From Felis catus (lineage: Eukaryota): a DNA stretch of 64,000 nucleotides. The translations under genes and the position numbers were made by a program. Shown one piece after another: positions 36,176-48,980 of this stretch. The DNA lies in assembly GCF_018350175.1 (NCBI RefSeq), contig NC_058368.1:67706001-67770000 (forward strand). Direction: 5' to 3'. Each line of letters begins with the position of its first letter. The stretch's first letter is position 1. The notes under the pieces are model-generated. The model had not been told where the DNA came from. It searched no databases and saw nothing but the letters and a program-made list of their open reading frames with translations.

Positions 36176-36393
36176 GGGGCACCTCGGTGGCCCAGTCGGT
36201 TAGGCGTCCGACTTCGGCTCAGGTCATGATCTCACGGTTTGAGAGTTCAAGTCCCATGTTGGGCTCTGTGCTGACAGTTCGGAGCCTGGAGTCTGCTTCG
36301 GGTTCTGTGTCTCCGTCTCTCTCTGCTCCTCCCCCACTTGTGCTCTGTCTCTCTCTGTCTCTCAAAAATAAATAAAATGTAAAAAAAAAAAAA
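36176..36393 (+). mobile_element. SINEC-Fc with 18-bp TSD
   Basis: taaatctagcactttgag at 36159-36176 and 36396-36413. Confidence 0.95.
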
Positions 36394-36729
36394 CGTAAAT
36401 CTAGCACTTTGAGAAGCTGCACAAATGCTTTCCATCCCTATAGAAGCACCTGGCCCTACTGTCATGATTATCAACAACAAAAAAGACGCCTTTGTAGAGC
36501 AGCTTTACATTTACATCATGAAACATGGTCTCAAATCTTAAGTGACTTTGTCCATTGGTTGGGAGGGTAGCACCAGACGTAAAAAGTAAATTAGAATGAG
36601 AAGTTTTCTGTGAGAAGATGTAAAGGACTGCATGTTACAAGAAACGTGACAGGAATTGAGGGAGGAAGTGATCTCAAGAAAAGCTTCGCAGAATAAGTGG
36701 TGTGACCTGGAGGGAGTTCAGGGGGCAGG

Positions 36730-36907
36730 TCTGCCATTGTAGTGTGGATGCAGCCATAGACATTGCAAACAAATGGACGTGGATGGACGTGTTTCGAAAG
36801 TCTTTACTTATGGACACTGAATTTCCTATTTTCACGTATCATAAAATATTCTTCTTTTGTTTTTAAATTTTAAAATGTAAAACCATTTTTTTAAAATGTT
36901 TACTTAT

Positions 36908-36939
<32 letters not shown>

Positions 36940-37165
36940 AAGCAGGGGAAGGGCAGAGAAAGGAAGACAGAAGATCCTAAGCAGGGTCTGCACTGAGAGC
37001 AGAGAGCCCGATGCGGGGCTCAAATTCACGAACTGTGAGATCATGACCTGAGCCAAAGTTGTGTGCTTAACTGACCACCCAGGTACCCTGAAAAATGTAA
37101 AAGCATTCTTAACTTACAAGCTATACATATTTGGCCCATGGGCCCTAGAGTACCAACCTTTGCTC
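36730..37165. mobile_element. MER58-type hAT MITE split by a minus-strand SINE (36886-37089)
   Basis: gcagccatagaca...aaatggacgtgg...tttggcccatgggcc; SINE TSD aaaatgtaaaa(c/g)catt. Confidence 0.75.
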
Positions 37166-37581
37166 TAGAGAAAGTTTTGCAGGAAACCTAAAGAACTCTT
37201 TATGAATTATTTTCTGTGATAACAAAAAACTGGATACAGATCAAATGTCCACTGAAGTACAATGACAAAAAAATTTGTGGCTTCTTTGTTCAATACAATA
37301 TGAAACAGTAGTGACAATAAATGAGTCACAGCTATGTAAATAAACATGGATGAGTCTCAAAAACACAGTATCAGTGATAAAGCCAGTCAAAGAATACGTA
37401 TACTAAGATTCTGTTACATAGGGTTCAAAGACAGATGGAATTAACAATATAACCTTTGGGGATACATGGAAACTCAAATGAAAGCAAGGGAATGGCGAAC
37501 ACTAAACTCGGTGTTTTGGTTATCTCTGAGTGAGAAAAAGAAGATGAAACAAAGATGTGCCTTCTAAGATATTAATAGTCT

Positions 37582-38742
37582 GCAAAACTCACCAAACTCC
37601 ACAACCAAAAAACAAATAATCCAGTGAAGAAATGGGCAGAAAACATGAATAGACACTTCTCTAAAGAAGACATCCAGATGGCCAACAGGCACATGAAAAG
37701 ATGCTCAACGTCGCATCCTCATCAGGGAAATACAAATCAAAACCACACTGAGATTATCACCTCACCAGTCAGAGCGGCTAAAATGAACAAATCAGGAGAC
37801 TATAGACGCTGGACAGGATGTGGAGAAATGGGAACTCTCTTGCACTGTTGGTGGGAATGCAAACTGGTGCAGCCACTCTGGAAAACAGTGTGGAAGTTCC
37901 TCAAAAAATTAAAAATAGACATACCCTATGACCCAGCAATAGCACTGCTAGGAATTTACCCAAGGGATACAGGAGTGCTGAGGCATAGGGGCACTTGTAC
38001 CCCCATGTTTATAGCAGCATTCTCAACAATAGCCAAATTATGGAAAGAGCCTAAATGTCCATCAACTGATGAATGGATAAAGAAATTGTGGTTTATATAC
38101 ACAATGGAATACTACTTGGCAATGAGAAAGAATGAAATATGGCCCTTTGTAGCAACATGGATGGAAGTGAAGAGTGTTATGTTAAGTGAAATAAGTCATA
38201 CAGAGAAAGACAGATACCATATGTTTTCACTTTTTTTTTTAATTTTTTTTTTCAACGTTTATTTATTTTTGGGACAGAGAGAGACAGAGCATGAACGGGG
38301 GAGGGGCAGAGAGAGAGGGAGACACAGAATCGGAAACAGGCTCCAGGCTCCGAGCCATCAGCCCAGAGCCTGACGCGGGGCTCGAACTCACGGACTGTGA
38401 GATCGAGCCCGATGCGGGGCTCGAACTCAAGGACCGTGAGATCGTGACCTGGCTGAAGTCGGACGCTTAACCGACTGCGCCACCCAGGCACCCCTTGTTT
38501 TCGCTCTTAAGTGGATCCTGAGAAACTTAACAGAAGACCATGGGGGAAGGGAAGGAAAAAAAAAGTTAGAGAGGGAGGGAGCCAAACCATAAGAAACTCT
38601 TAAAAACTGAGAATAAACTGAGGGTTGATGGTGGTGGGAGGGAGGGGAAAGTGGGTGATGGGCATTGAGGAGGGCACCTGTTGGGATGAGCACTGGGTGT
38701 TGTATGGAAACCAATTTGACAATAAATTTCATATTAAAAAAA
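37582..38742 (+). mobile_element. Young felid L1, 5'-truncated, with 17-bp TSD, inserted in an old L1M 3' end and carrying a SINE (38231-38494, minus)
   Basis: TSD taagatattaatagtct at 37565-37581 and 38743-38759. ORF 37624..38373 is the ORF2 C-terminus ([14 protein letters not shown]...PKCPSTDEWIKK). Confidence 0.96.
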
Positions 38743-39517
38743 TAAGATATTAATAGTCTTCTTCTTAAGAAAGGTGGTGGGTATGTGATCTCACTTGTGT
38801 GGGACGTAGTTCATAATGTTTACAAAGTGGAATAAAAAAGCCACAAAGCAAATTATGTCAATGTCTTCAAAAATGATGCTTCTCCATTGCCCACAGAATT
38901 AAATTGAAATTCCTTACATATATATTGCTTGACACACTTCTAGACTTTACATGTTTAATTGAATACTGGCCATGGCTTCTTCATTTCCTGGAAGAGCCTC
39001 CATTTGTGTTCTAAGTCCAGCTATGCTATTTAGAAATCCTTTCTCCTAGAATATGTAAGTTTTTAGAGAATATTTCTATATTTTATTTTCCCAATGTTTA
39101 AAGAAAACTTTTTTGTTTAACACTCTGACCCCATCATATCCATACTCTTTGTCCTCAATCTCATCACCGTGTTCCTGATTTTTAAAATTATTTTTCATTT
39201 CCTGAACTTGATAAGCCCTTTTGTGTCCTCTTTTATGTGAATTTTGTAACTTTTAGCTAGAATTAACTTTCACTTTTTTTTTTCATCCAACCTGGCAGCA
39301 AAGCCCGTATCTTTTCTATTATGTCAGGAGGTAGAGATAATATCTCAGTGACCATGGCTCTCTAGTCCTTGCCTGGGGTTTAGCTTATAGTAAGTGCCTA
39401 ACAAATATCTATTGAATCTTAAATGATGAATATTCTCTAGAACATTTGATTTTTCTTTTTATTTTCAGTGTTTTCAATGGAAAGAATGTACAAAATGACT
39501 ATAGAGCAATGAAATTA

Positions 39518-39709
39518 ATTTTTTAAAACACTTATTTGTTTTCGAGAGGGGGGAGGTGTAGAGAAGGGGAGGCAGACGATCCAAAGTGGGCTCTGAAGTG
39601 GGCTCTGAGCTGTCAGCACAGAGCCTGACATGGGGCTTGAGTTCACAAACCACAAGATTGTGACCTGAGCCAAAGTTGGATGCTTAACCAACTGAGCCAC
39701 CCAGATGCC
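39518..39709 (-). mobile_element. CanSINE
   Basis: Reverse-complemented SINE head; flanks atgaa(a/g)ttaa. Confidence 0.88.
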
Positions 39710-39829
39710 TCATGAAGTTAAGTTTTTAATGACACATTTAAGAATTTACCTATTCAAACAACATCCTAGAAAGCCCCTTTTCAGGGAGTAGGCACTTTAT
39801 CAGATGCTTCAACTGGTAAAAGTATGTTT

Positions 39830-40777
39830 TAACATTGTGGTAAAATATACATGACATAAAGTTACCATGTCAACCATTTTTAAGTGTAGTGTTAAGTACG
39901 TTCACATTGTTGTACAACCAATCTCCAGGACTTTCTCGTCTTGTAAAACTGAACCTCTAGACCCATTTAACAACTCTCCAATTCCCCCTCCTTCCAGCTG
40001 TGGGCAACTCCATTCTAATTTCTGTCTTTGTGAATTTGGGTGCTCTAGACACCTCATATAAGTGGAATCCTGTGGTATTTACCTTTTTATGACTAACTTA
40101 GCATAATGTCCTCGAGGTTCTTGCATGTACAGCATATGTCAGAATCTTCTTCCTTTTTACGGCTGCATAATATTCTGTTTTATGTATATGCCACACTTTG
40201 TTTATCCTTGGTGGACACTTGTGTTGCTTCCATCTTTTTGTGAATAGTGCTGCTATGAACAAAGTGTACCCCAATGTTTATAGCAGCGCTTTCAACAATA
40301 GCCAAATTATGGAAAGAGCCTAAATGTCCATCAACTGATGAATGGGTAAAGAAGATGTGGTTTATATATGCAACGAGATACTACTTGGCAATGGGAATGA
40401 AATCCTGCCATTTGCAGCAACATGGATGGAACTGGAGGGTATTATGCTAAGTGAAATAAGTCAGGCAGAGAAAGACGGATATCATGTTTTCACTCACATG
40501 TGGAACTTGAGAAACTTAACAGAAGACCATGGGGGAAGGGAAGGGAGAAAAATAGTTACAGAGAGTTAGGGAGGCAAATCATGAGAGACTCTTAATATGT
40601 GAAACAAACTTTGGGCTGGTGGGAGGTGGTGGGAGAGAGGGGAAAATGGGTGATGGGCATTGAAGAGGGAATTTGTTGGGATGACTGGATGTTGTATGTA
40701 AGCAATGAATCACGGGAATCTATCTCCAAAACCAAGAGCGTACCATATACACTGTATGTTAGCCAACTTGACAATAA

Positions 40778-40819
<42 letters not shown>

Positions 40820-41040
40820 TGTCTTGACATCACCAAAAGTGGAATCACTGGATCATATAGAAATTCTACTTAACATTTTTTGAGGAAATGCCGTATTGTT
40901 TTCCAAAGTGGCTGCACCATTTTATATTCTCACCAATGGTGCACAAGGGTTTTTTTTTTTTCTTTTTCTTTTTTTAATGGGTCATCCTAATAGGGGTGAG
41001 GTGATATCTCATTGTGGTCTTGATTTTTACATTCCCAATT
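39830..41040 (-). mobile_element. Old L1MB-type 3' fragment interrupted by a younger plus-strand L1 3' end (~40265-40780) and (GT)n
   Basis: Minus-strand acattgttgtacaaccaatctccagga and ttttccaaagtggctgcaccatttta flank plus-strand aatgtttatagcagcg...ccaacttgacaataaa. Confidence 0.85.
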
Positions 41041-41050
41041 GGTCATAGTA

Positions 41051-41274
41051 TTTTTTTAATGTTTACTTATTAATTTTTGATAGAGAGAGAGAGAAAGAGT
41101 GCTCGTGCATATGAGCGGGGGGGGGGGGGGGAGCAGTGAGAGAAGGAGAGAGAGAATCCCAGTCTCCATGCTGTCAGCACAGAGGACGTGGGGTTCAATC
41201 CCATGAACCATGAGATCGTGACCTGAGCTGAAATCAGGAGCTGATGCTCAACTGACTGAGCCACCCCAGCACCC
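41051..41274 (-). mobile_element. CanSINE
   Basis: T tail, GA tract and head. Confidence 0.88.
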
Positions 41275-41407
41275 TGTCAAAATGTTTTTGAAAAACCAGT
41301 TTTGGAACTACTTTCATACCCAATTCATGAGCTATTCAAGTAATTAATTTCCATCATTATATGAGTACAGGCCGTACATCTCAATGTATCACCTGAGAGA
41401 TTTAGTA

Positions 41408-41930
41408 ATTCAAAGGGATACATGATCCCCAATGTTTATTACAGCACTGTTTACAGTGGCCAAATTATGGAAGCAGCCCAAATGTCCATTGGCTGACAAA
41501 TGCATAAAGAAGATGTGTATTAGCAGCAATGGAATATTGCTCAGCCATAAGAAAGAATAAAATCTTGCCATTTGCAACAACATAGATGGAACCAGAGGGT
41601 ATTGTGCTAAGTGAAATAAGTCTTAGAAAGACAAATACCATAGGATTTCACTCATACAGGTAATTTAAGAAACAAAGAGCAAAGGGAAAAAAAAGAGTCA
41701 CACGCAAACCAAGAAACAGACTCTTAACTATGGAGAACAAACTGATGACTCCCAGAGGGGAGGGGGGTGGGTGGGGTTGGGTGAAATAGGTGATGGGAAT
41801 TATGCAGTATACTTATCATGATGAGCACTGAGTTATGCATAGAATTGCTGAATCTCTATATTGCACACCCGAAACCAATATAACATTATATGTTAACTAC
41901 ATTGGAATTAAAATGAAAAACTTAAAAAAA
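41408..41930 (+). mobile_element. 5'-truncated carnivore L1
   Basis: L1 ORF2 end and 3' UTR; approximate TSD gagatt(t/g)agt. Confidence 0.9.
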
Positions 41931-44900
41931 TTTTTTTAAGGAGATTGAGTTAGGGTGACATTATCATCACCCCCCAACAGAGTAGCCTAAACCACGGAAA
42001 AATTGTATTTTTTTCCTCACGAAACTGTAAATAAGCACACTGAAGCTGCTTATGATAGCTCAGAGCTGTGCTATCTTTTGTCATCTTTCCAGATGTGGAT
42101 TTTAACCTCATCATTACAGACAACTCCTACATCCCTAGTCATCATTTATATATTCCTAGCAGGAGGAAGAGGAAAGAGGCCAATAGGCAAAACCTGAGTG
42201 CCTGTTGAGTTGGTTATATTTAATAAAGTTTTCCAGAAGCGTATCCTCTGACCTCATCCACTAGTTCTTTACCATCTGGACCCCCCCCCCCCCTTGTGGG
42301 ATGGCTCTAGGAAATGTAATTGTATAGTGGGCCCATCTTGCCCTCTCTCTCCCAACAAAATCACGTTTCTGTTGCTGAGGAATCATGGAGTGATGTGTAT
42401 TATGTAGACAACTGGCTGTGTTTGCTACACCCACATAACCTTTCTGCTTTCAGTGTTTCATTTTGAGGCAACGAATTAGCCTGGAAACTAGAGGGAGTAA
42501 GATTTCCAGAAGCCAGAGGACATTTTGTAAGGCAACATCAGGACAAGGACTGTATGCCATAAGTAAATATCTTGTAGCTTACTGTAAGTACCATAATGAG
42601 TGTTTAATTGGTTAAAGAATCACTCGAAAGTCAAATTGCAGTAAGTGAAGATGTGACTTTATTTCAAAAATACTATAATTCAAAAATAGCAAAATGTCAA
42701 AATTTAGTGTTGATTGTTGTCTTGAAGCTGTTATATTTGCAGCTGCAAATGCTAAAAATCACTTTGTCTAAAATTATCAAGCATGATGAGCCAAGAAAAT
42801 TTACGTCATTTGTATAATTTTGGTTTAAAATCCTCCTGATCCAGCAACCGATATTAATACAATCAAATAACAATTTGTTTCATTTCAAAAGGCAAAACTT
42901 GATTATTTTTGCCTAGCCAAAGGAAAGCCAGAGAAATTCACTCTTCCTATTTAACTTCTCTTCTGCTTCTGAGTGCGTATTTCAGCTCTAGAATTAGGAA
43001 GGGGGGATTCTGGAGAGGAACGAGGCAGGAAGGTAGTTGAAGTAGGAAATCAAATAGGGAATTTATTTCTTGTGTATATTGTGTCAGATGGAGATCCTGA
43101 GGGGGGCAGAAGAGGAAAGGGACGGGAGGTTTGACAACATTAGCAGACTTGGGAAACCTTTTTAGTTATTTTCCTTTTTGTGTCCATTCCACTTTGGGAC
43201 CCAGTACCTTTCTGTTTTCTCTTCCCTCTTCTCCTTTTCCCTTCCACGGTTAATCTGATATCAATCATCTTTAATTCAGTGTGAATGCGTTTCCGAAACT
43301 AGGCTGGAGTTGCGGGAGTACTGTTTGCAGGAGTGGTCCTGTCTGCTCAAATGTTAGTCACTACCCTCAGCTGCAACTGCCCCAGAAGAAACAGGGACAT
43401 GGACATGACCCTAGGGGGCACAGGTTATTCGGTGTAACAAGAAGTTCCTGCTTGTTCCATCCTTGGCTTCTAGACTCTTTTCCCTGTAGTTTGCACTTCT
43501 CTCCTCGCATCAACCCCTTTAGCTCATTGATTCTGCTGCCCTTCCTCAAACTGGATAACCACTCACTAGACCAGCCCTTTGGTCTCATGCCCCAGACAGT
43601 TTTTATTTTGAATCATTTGGTATACAGAACATCTGGAGCTTCTCCTTCTAAAGACAAGTGGGATGAGCAGGGATATACTTCTCAGAAACATCTTGGGGGC
43701 GGGTGGCGGCTAGGCATAAGTAAAAACGGATTAGAGTGTACATAATGACTGGTGGACAACTTCAGTCACGGGTGACAACATTTCCTAACAGTTGACTACT
43801 GGGAAGTTGGATTCAAAACTTAGGTATTTTAGTGCATTATGTTAACATATTAACATATGTGACGATAATAATGAAGATTAATCTGCCAGTATGGACATTC
43901 ACGGATACTCAAAAAACAATACGGACAGGATAAAAACTTTAAGAACAATGGAACGAGTTAGGAAACATCTCACTGTTTTTTTCTTTATTGTAATGTGTCA
44001 CAAGAAGTATATGTAAAACTATAATGTATTAAACAAAACAATGTATCTAAATAATGCTTCGTGTATGCCTAGGACATGGTAGGCACTGAAAATGAAAATC
44101 TATTATCAGTTATATTATTTTGTTATATATTTGTCACACTATATTATGATTCTATAATAAAACATTATATCATTTTATCAGTACTAGGTGCTTTATGAGA
44201 TTATCTTTGTTTCTCATTGTTATAACTTTAATGTCCATGTAGCAGAATTTTCTGTTCATAACATTTCCTAAACTGGTGGGGATTTTTATTAAATGCTCTT
44301 TGGAAAGTATAAGTCAGATTATTCACCTAAACTTTGTGTTCCAAGTTTCTATAATTTAAAATGTCACAACGATTTCTGCCATTGCCTCAGAAGGTATCTC
44401 TTTGCCTACCAGTATCTCTGCTGTGTTGTCTGGATTTATAGTTAAGCATTTGGCTTTCGTTTTTATCTCTAATTCAGCCAGGCTGGAAGAGTCAAATAGT
44501 AATACTAGCTGGCATGGAGTTGAGTCTGTGTCAGCATACTGATGATAGTGACACCAAAATGTCTCTCTGTCTCACGAAACTGCTTCATACGGGCATTAAA
44601 CAAGTGTGGTGACAAAGGGGAGCTGACGGGACTCATCCCCTAAAATGGATGAGCAGTTGCCCACTAGAAGAGAGAATGTTTACAGTGAGATGGTGCATTA
44701 TCATCATGACATGAAACAAATCAGTAGATCCCAACTACCCAGAATACGTAAGAACAAGTATATGACTCTTTGCTGGTCATTGAAGATTAACTGAGACCAG
44801 AATGCTTTCGTTCTAAATGTGCTAAAAATGAAACTCACCATGATGAAGCCATCTAGAAAAAAACTATAGCTGTTGCTCAGTCCTGATAGGATGATCACTG

Positions 44901-45199
44901 GCTAATCAATTTTTTTTTATTTAGTCAATGTTTTTAATTGAAGAAAAACATTGATACAGAAAAGTGAGCACATCATACTTAAATGACTCAATGAATTCTC
45001 ATACGGCTACCACACTCATGTATCCTGCACCCACATCAAAAAATGGTACATACTGTCCACACTCCTACTGCCTGCTAGCGATCAGTACCCATAGTTCCCT
45101 CCCCAAAGCTAACCACTAGTCTGAATTCTTACATAATGAGTTAGTTTTATTTAATGTTGAGCCATACTTCCGTGCTACTTTTGAGAGTGGTTTAAAGTG

Positions 45200-45930
45200 A
45201 GGGAGTGGATTATCAGACAAATGTTACAGAAAGACTATTCTACACCCAGACGAAGAATAAACCTGAGCCACAAAGACTGGGTAAGAAGTGATTGAAATAG
45301 TTCAGGTAAGAGAGATCAAGTCAGTAGAGTAGGGTTGGAAAAGAAGAAGCACACATGCATGTATGGAGCATGAGGGGTTCAGACTGACATACAGATTTCT
45401 AGCTTTGAGAACTGCATGAATGTGGTTCCATTCCCTGAGAAGATGTAGCAGGTTTTAGGGGAGAAGAAATGAGTTTGGTGTTGGACATACTGAGTTTGAG
45501 GCACAATGTGGCAAGGAGATGGGTAGCATTCAAGGCATTAGGAAGTCAGAATGCAAAATATTTTTTGGTTGAATGTCTAAGGGAAGGACACATCAAAGAA
45601 ATAAAGGTGTGGGGCACCTGGCTGGCTCAGTCTGAAGAGCATGCTACTCTTGATCTTGGGGTCATGAATTTGAGCCCCACGTCGGGTGCAGAGGTGAAAC
45701 AAACAAACAAACAAACAAACAAACAAACAAGTAAATACTTAGGGAAAAAAGTAATAAAAGTGTGGTAATGATGCTTAGGACTCTGGCTTGGGCACATGGA
45801 TGAATAGGAGGGATGTTCACCGAGCTAGGACAACCGATGAGTTTCAGTGAGTTTGAGGCACTTAAAAGGAATCCAGATAGAGATAGTGAAATAGTTGGAT
45901 ATATGGGTCTGGGCTCAAAACATGGATGTT
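45200..45930 (-). mobile_element. L2 fragments with a short SINE (45610-45750, plus)
   Basis: atgagtttggtgttggacatactgagtttgagg and gttggatatatgggtctgggctca. Confidence 0.65.
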
Positions 45931-46705
45931 CTTTTTGAAGAAGATTAAATAAAATAAGGTATTTAACAACACTCTGGAAAGTAGAGAGTGCTCCATAGAC
46001 CACTAGCGGCTATTATTTTTTTGTTGACTCAGTTTAAAAAGGCCCTGATAGTGATATCCAACTGGTCCCTGATTAATTGCTGGAGGAAAAACATCATTTG
46101 TGGTTTTGTGGAGGTGAAATAAGACATCAGCATTTGTCACTGATAACAATGGCATAGTGCCAGTCTCTAAAGCCATTTCAGCCAGTGCACATCAGAAATC
46201 ATTCACCGAAATTTTAACTGTGAGGCAATTCAATTCTGTAAGAAAGGGATATTAATTTATTTTTAAAAAAATTTTTACTATTAATTGTGGCACTAAAAAT
46301 GCCTTTACCTGGGTAAGTAATTGGTTGAAACCGAGGATCCTTCCAGACTCTAATTGGTTGAAACTGAGGATCCTTCAGTTTCACTCAGTAGTCCAGAGTG
46401 AAAAGCTCATTATCAAGAAAACTTCTTTGCTATGACATTGTCATCACCTTCCTTTTCAGATCCTAGTGATTCACTTAGGAACCAGGGAAGCATCAGCAAG
46501 AAAGTGGTGTAGTGCTTGGGTTTGAAGTCAGTGGACTCCATAGAAAAGACCTGAAAAAGATGTATAAGGACAACACTGGATAGTTTAGACAAGCACCACA
46601 GCTTTAAAACTCCTGTCCTGAAGAGGTCATTCATCCTTTTGTGAGAGAGTGTGGCCCCTTGAGGCTTTAGTAAGTATGGAAGCAAGACCAAGTAGAAAGA
46701 GAACA

Positions 46706-47425
46706 ACCTAGGTATCCATCAATGGATGAACGAATAGAGAAAATGTGGACTATACATACAATGGAATATTATTCAGCCACGAGAAAGAAGGAAATCCTGC
46801 CATTTCCTACAACATGGATGGATCTTGTTTTTTAAATTTATTTATTTTGAGAGGGGGGGGGGGAGCAGAGAGACAGAGGGAGAGAGAGAATCCCAAGCAA
46901 GCTCCTCACTATCAGTGCAGAGCCTGACAAACCCATGAACGGTGAGATCATGACCAGAGTCGAAATTAAGAGTCAGGTGCTTAATAGACTGAGCCACCCA
47001 GGCACACCAACATGGATGGATCTTGAGGGTATTACACTAAGTGAGATAAGGCAGACAGAGAATGACAATAGAAAAGTGGTTGCTAAGTGCTGGGGGCAGG
47101 GGTGGTGGGAGAAAAGAGAGTTGGTAAAAGGCTACAAACTTTCAGCTATATGATGAATAGCATCTGAGGGTTTAATGTATACCATGGTGACTATGATTAA
47201 TAACACTGTATTGTATCATTGAAATTTGTTAACAGTCTAGGACTTAAATGTTCTCAGACACACCATAAAGGTAAATATGTGAGGTGATGATGTATGAAGT
47301 AAGTAGATGAGGGGAGTCTTTTCGCAATGTCTATGTATATCAAATCGCCACTCCACTATGTACACTTTAAATATCTTACAATTCTATATGTCAATTATAC
47401 CTCAGTAAAACTAAAAAAAAAAGAA
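46706..47425 (+). mobile_element. L1MA-type 3' end split by a SINE (46828-47008, minus)
   Basis: SINE TSD aacatggatggatcttg at 46811-46827 and 47009-47025. Confidence 0.9.
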
Positions 47426-47824
47426 GAGAAATAAAATAGAAAAAAAGAAACATTTTTAAAAAAAGGAGAACAAATTTGAAATAGTAATAAACTGGACATG
47501 AGAAATCATAGCTTCCTTCCACCAGACAGAATTCATACTCACCAGGCGCAATGCTCAATGTTGGGGATACGAGTATAAACATGTCTCTTCCTTCAGGGTT
47601 CTTACAGACCAGTGGAGAGACAAACCTGTAAATAATCATGCAAAAATGTTAATTATAGTAATGGAGATATACAACACAACTGGAGCAAAGGGGAAGAGGG
47701 CACTTAATACTCCCAGTAAAGAATATTTCACAGATTAAGTGGTCTGAAATAAGAGTAGAGACATGAGTTGGAATTCCAACAGGCCAGAAAGCTTGCAGAT
47801 ACTTCCATTAGCCAAACTGATGAA

Positions 47825-48022
47825 GGGGCACCTGGATGAGCGTCTGACTGGCTCAGGTCATGATCTCGCTCTTGACGAGTTCAAGCCCCATGTCGGGCTC
47901 TGTGCTGACTGCTCAGAACCTGGAGCCTGCTTTGGATTCTGTGTCTCCCTCTCTCTCTGCCCCTCCCCTGCTCATGCTCTGTCTCTCTCTGTCTCAAAAA
48001 TAAATAAATATTAAAAAAAAAG
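47825..48022 (+). mobile_element. CanSINE with a small head deletion
   Basis: TSD caaactgatga. Confidence 0.9.
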
Positions 48023-48029
48023 AATAACA

Positions 48030-48980
48030 AACTGATGATAGCCAGAACAAAAGATGACAGTAATTAACTATAGTACACCGAGCAAAAAAATATCCTTAGG
48101 TCCATAGTGATGTTCAAGAAAGAAGGCAGGGGGGGAGATAGTTATGGGGCAGAGGAGAGCTATGGAGGGAGTGGGAGAAGGGAAGCTAATAAATGTAGAC
48201 AAAATGATAACATCAGAAAAATCACCATCTGAAACTCCCAATGTAATGCTTGATTTGGATATGATTCATAAATAGATGTCAAAACCATTGGGTAAAATGA
48301 TTTTCGAGAATGTGATATTTGAATGGTACCAAAGTATCACCCAAGAGTTCACTTATTCATTACAAAAGTATAATTGTAATTGCACAACAAAGTGATCTGG
48401 GGACACTGCCTTAACAGATGACCAAATACATCATCCCAGGTAGTGAGACAAGGTGATAAACCTTCTGATGAGACGTCATTTGGAGGTGCACAACATCACT
48501 TATGAAGTATTTTTGGCTAAAATACAAAATTTTTGGCTAAATACAATCTACTCAAACCTCTAAACTGAACTTCCATTTTAGAGGAAATACAAGGAAGAGA
48601 GGAATGAGGTAAACAATTTTTCGAGAAACAGTGAAACAAATTCAGACTGTGGGGTCATTCTACGATAAAATTGGCCTGATCTTTCGCAGGTTAATGTCGT
48701 GGGGAAGAAAATGGTACCATCCTAGATGAAGAGGAAACCTAGCAACAAAGTGCAAAGTGTGAACCTTGATTGGATCCCTGCTTCAGAAAACAAATAGCTA
48801 GTGAGGATATTTGGGGGGAAACTGGGAGCAAATTTGAATAGAAACTGGACATTCAGTTAGGTTGTAGCATTGTTAATTTTCTTAGTTGTGATAAGGAAAC
48901 TGTGGTTATAAAGGAGAATGGACTTGTTCTGAGGAGATGTACGGAGTTTAAGATGTCGGTGACATACTGTCAAATGATTC
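48030..48980 (+). mobile_element. Old L1MC-type 3' region
   Basis: cacaacatcacttatgaagtatt...aaagtgtgaaccttgattggatccctg...tgttaattttcttagttgtgataa. Confidence 0.7.

Noticed and set aside
37624..38373. 249-aa ORF
   Set aside because: C-terminal L1 ORF2 of a 5'-truncated copy, with a compensated frameshift segment and read-through into a SINE; not a host gene.
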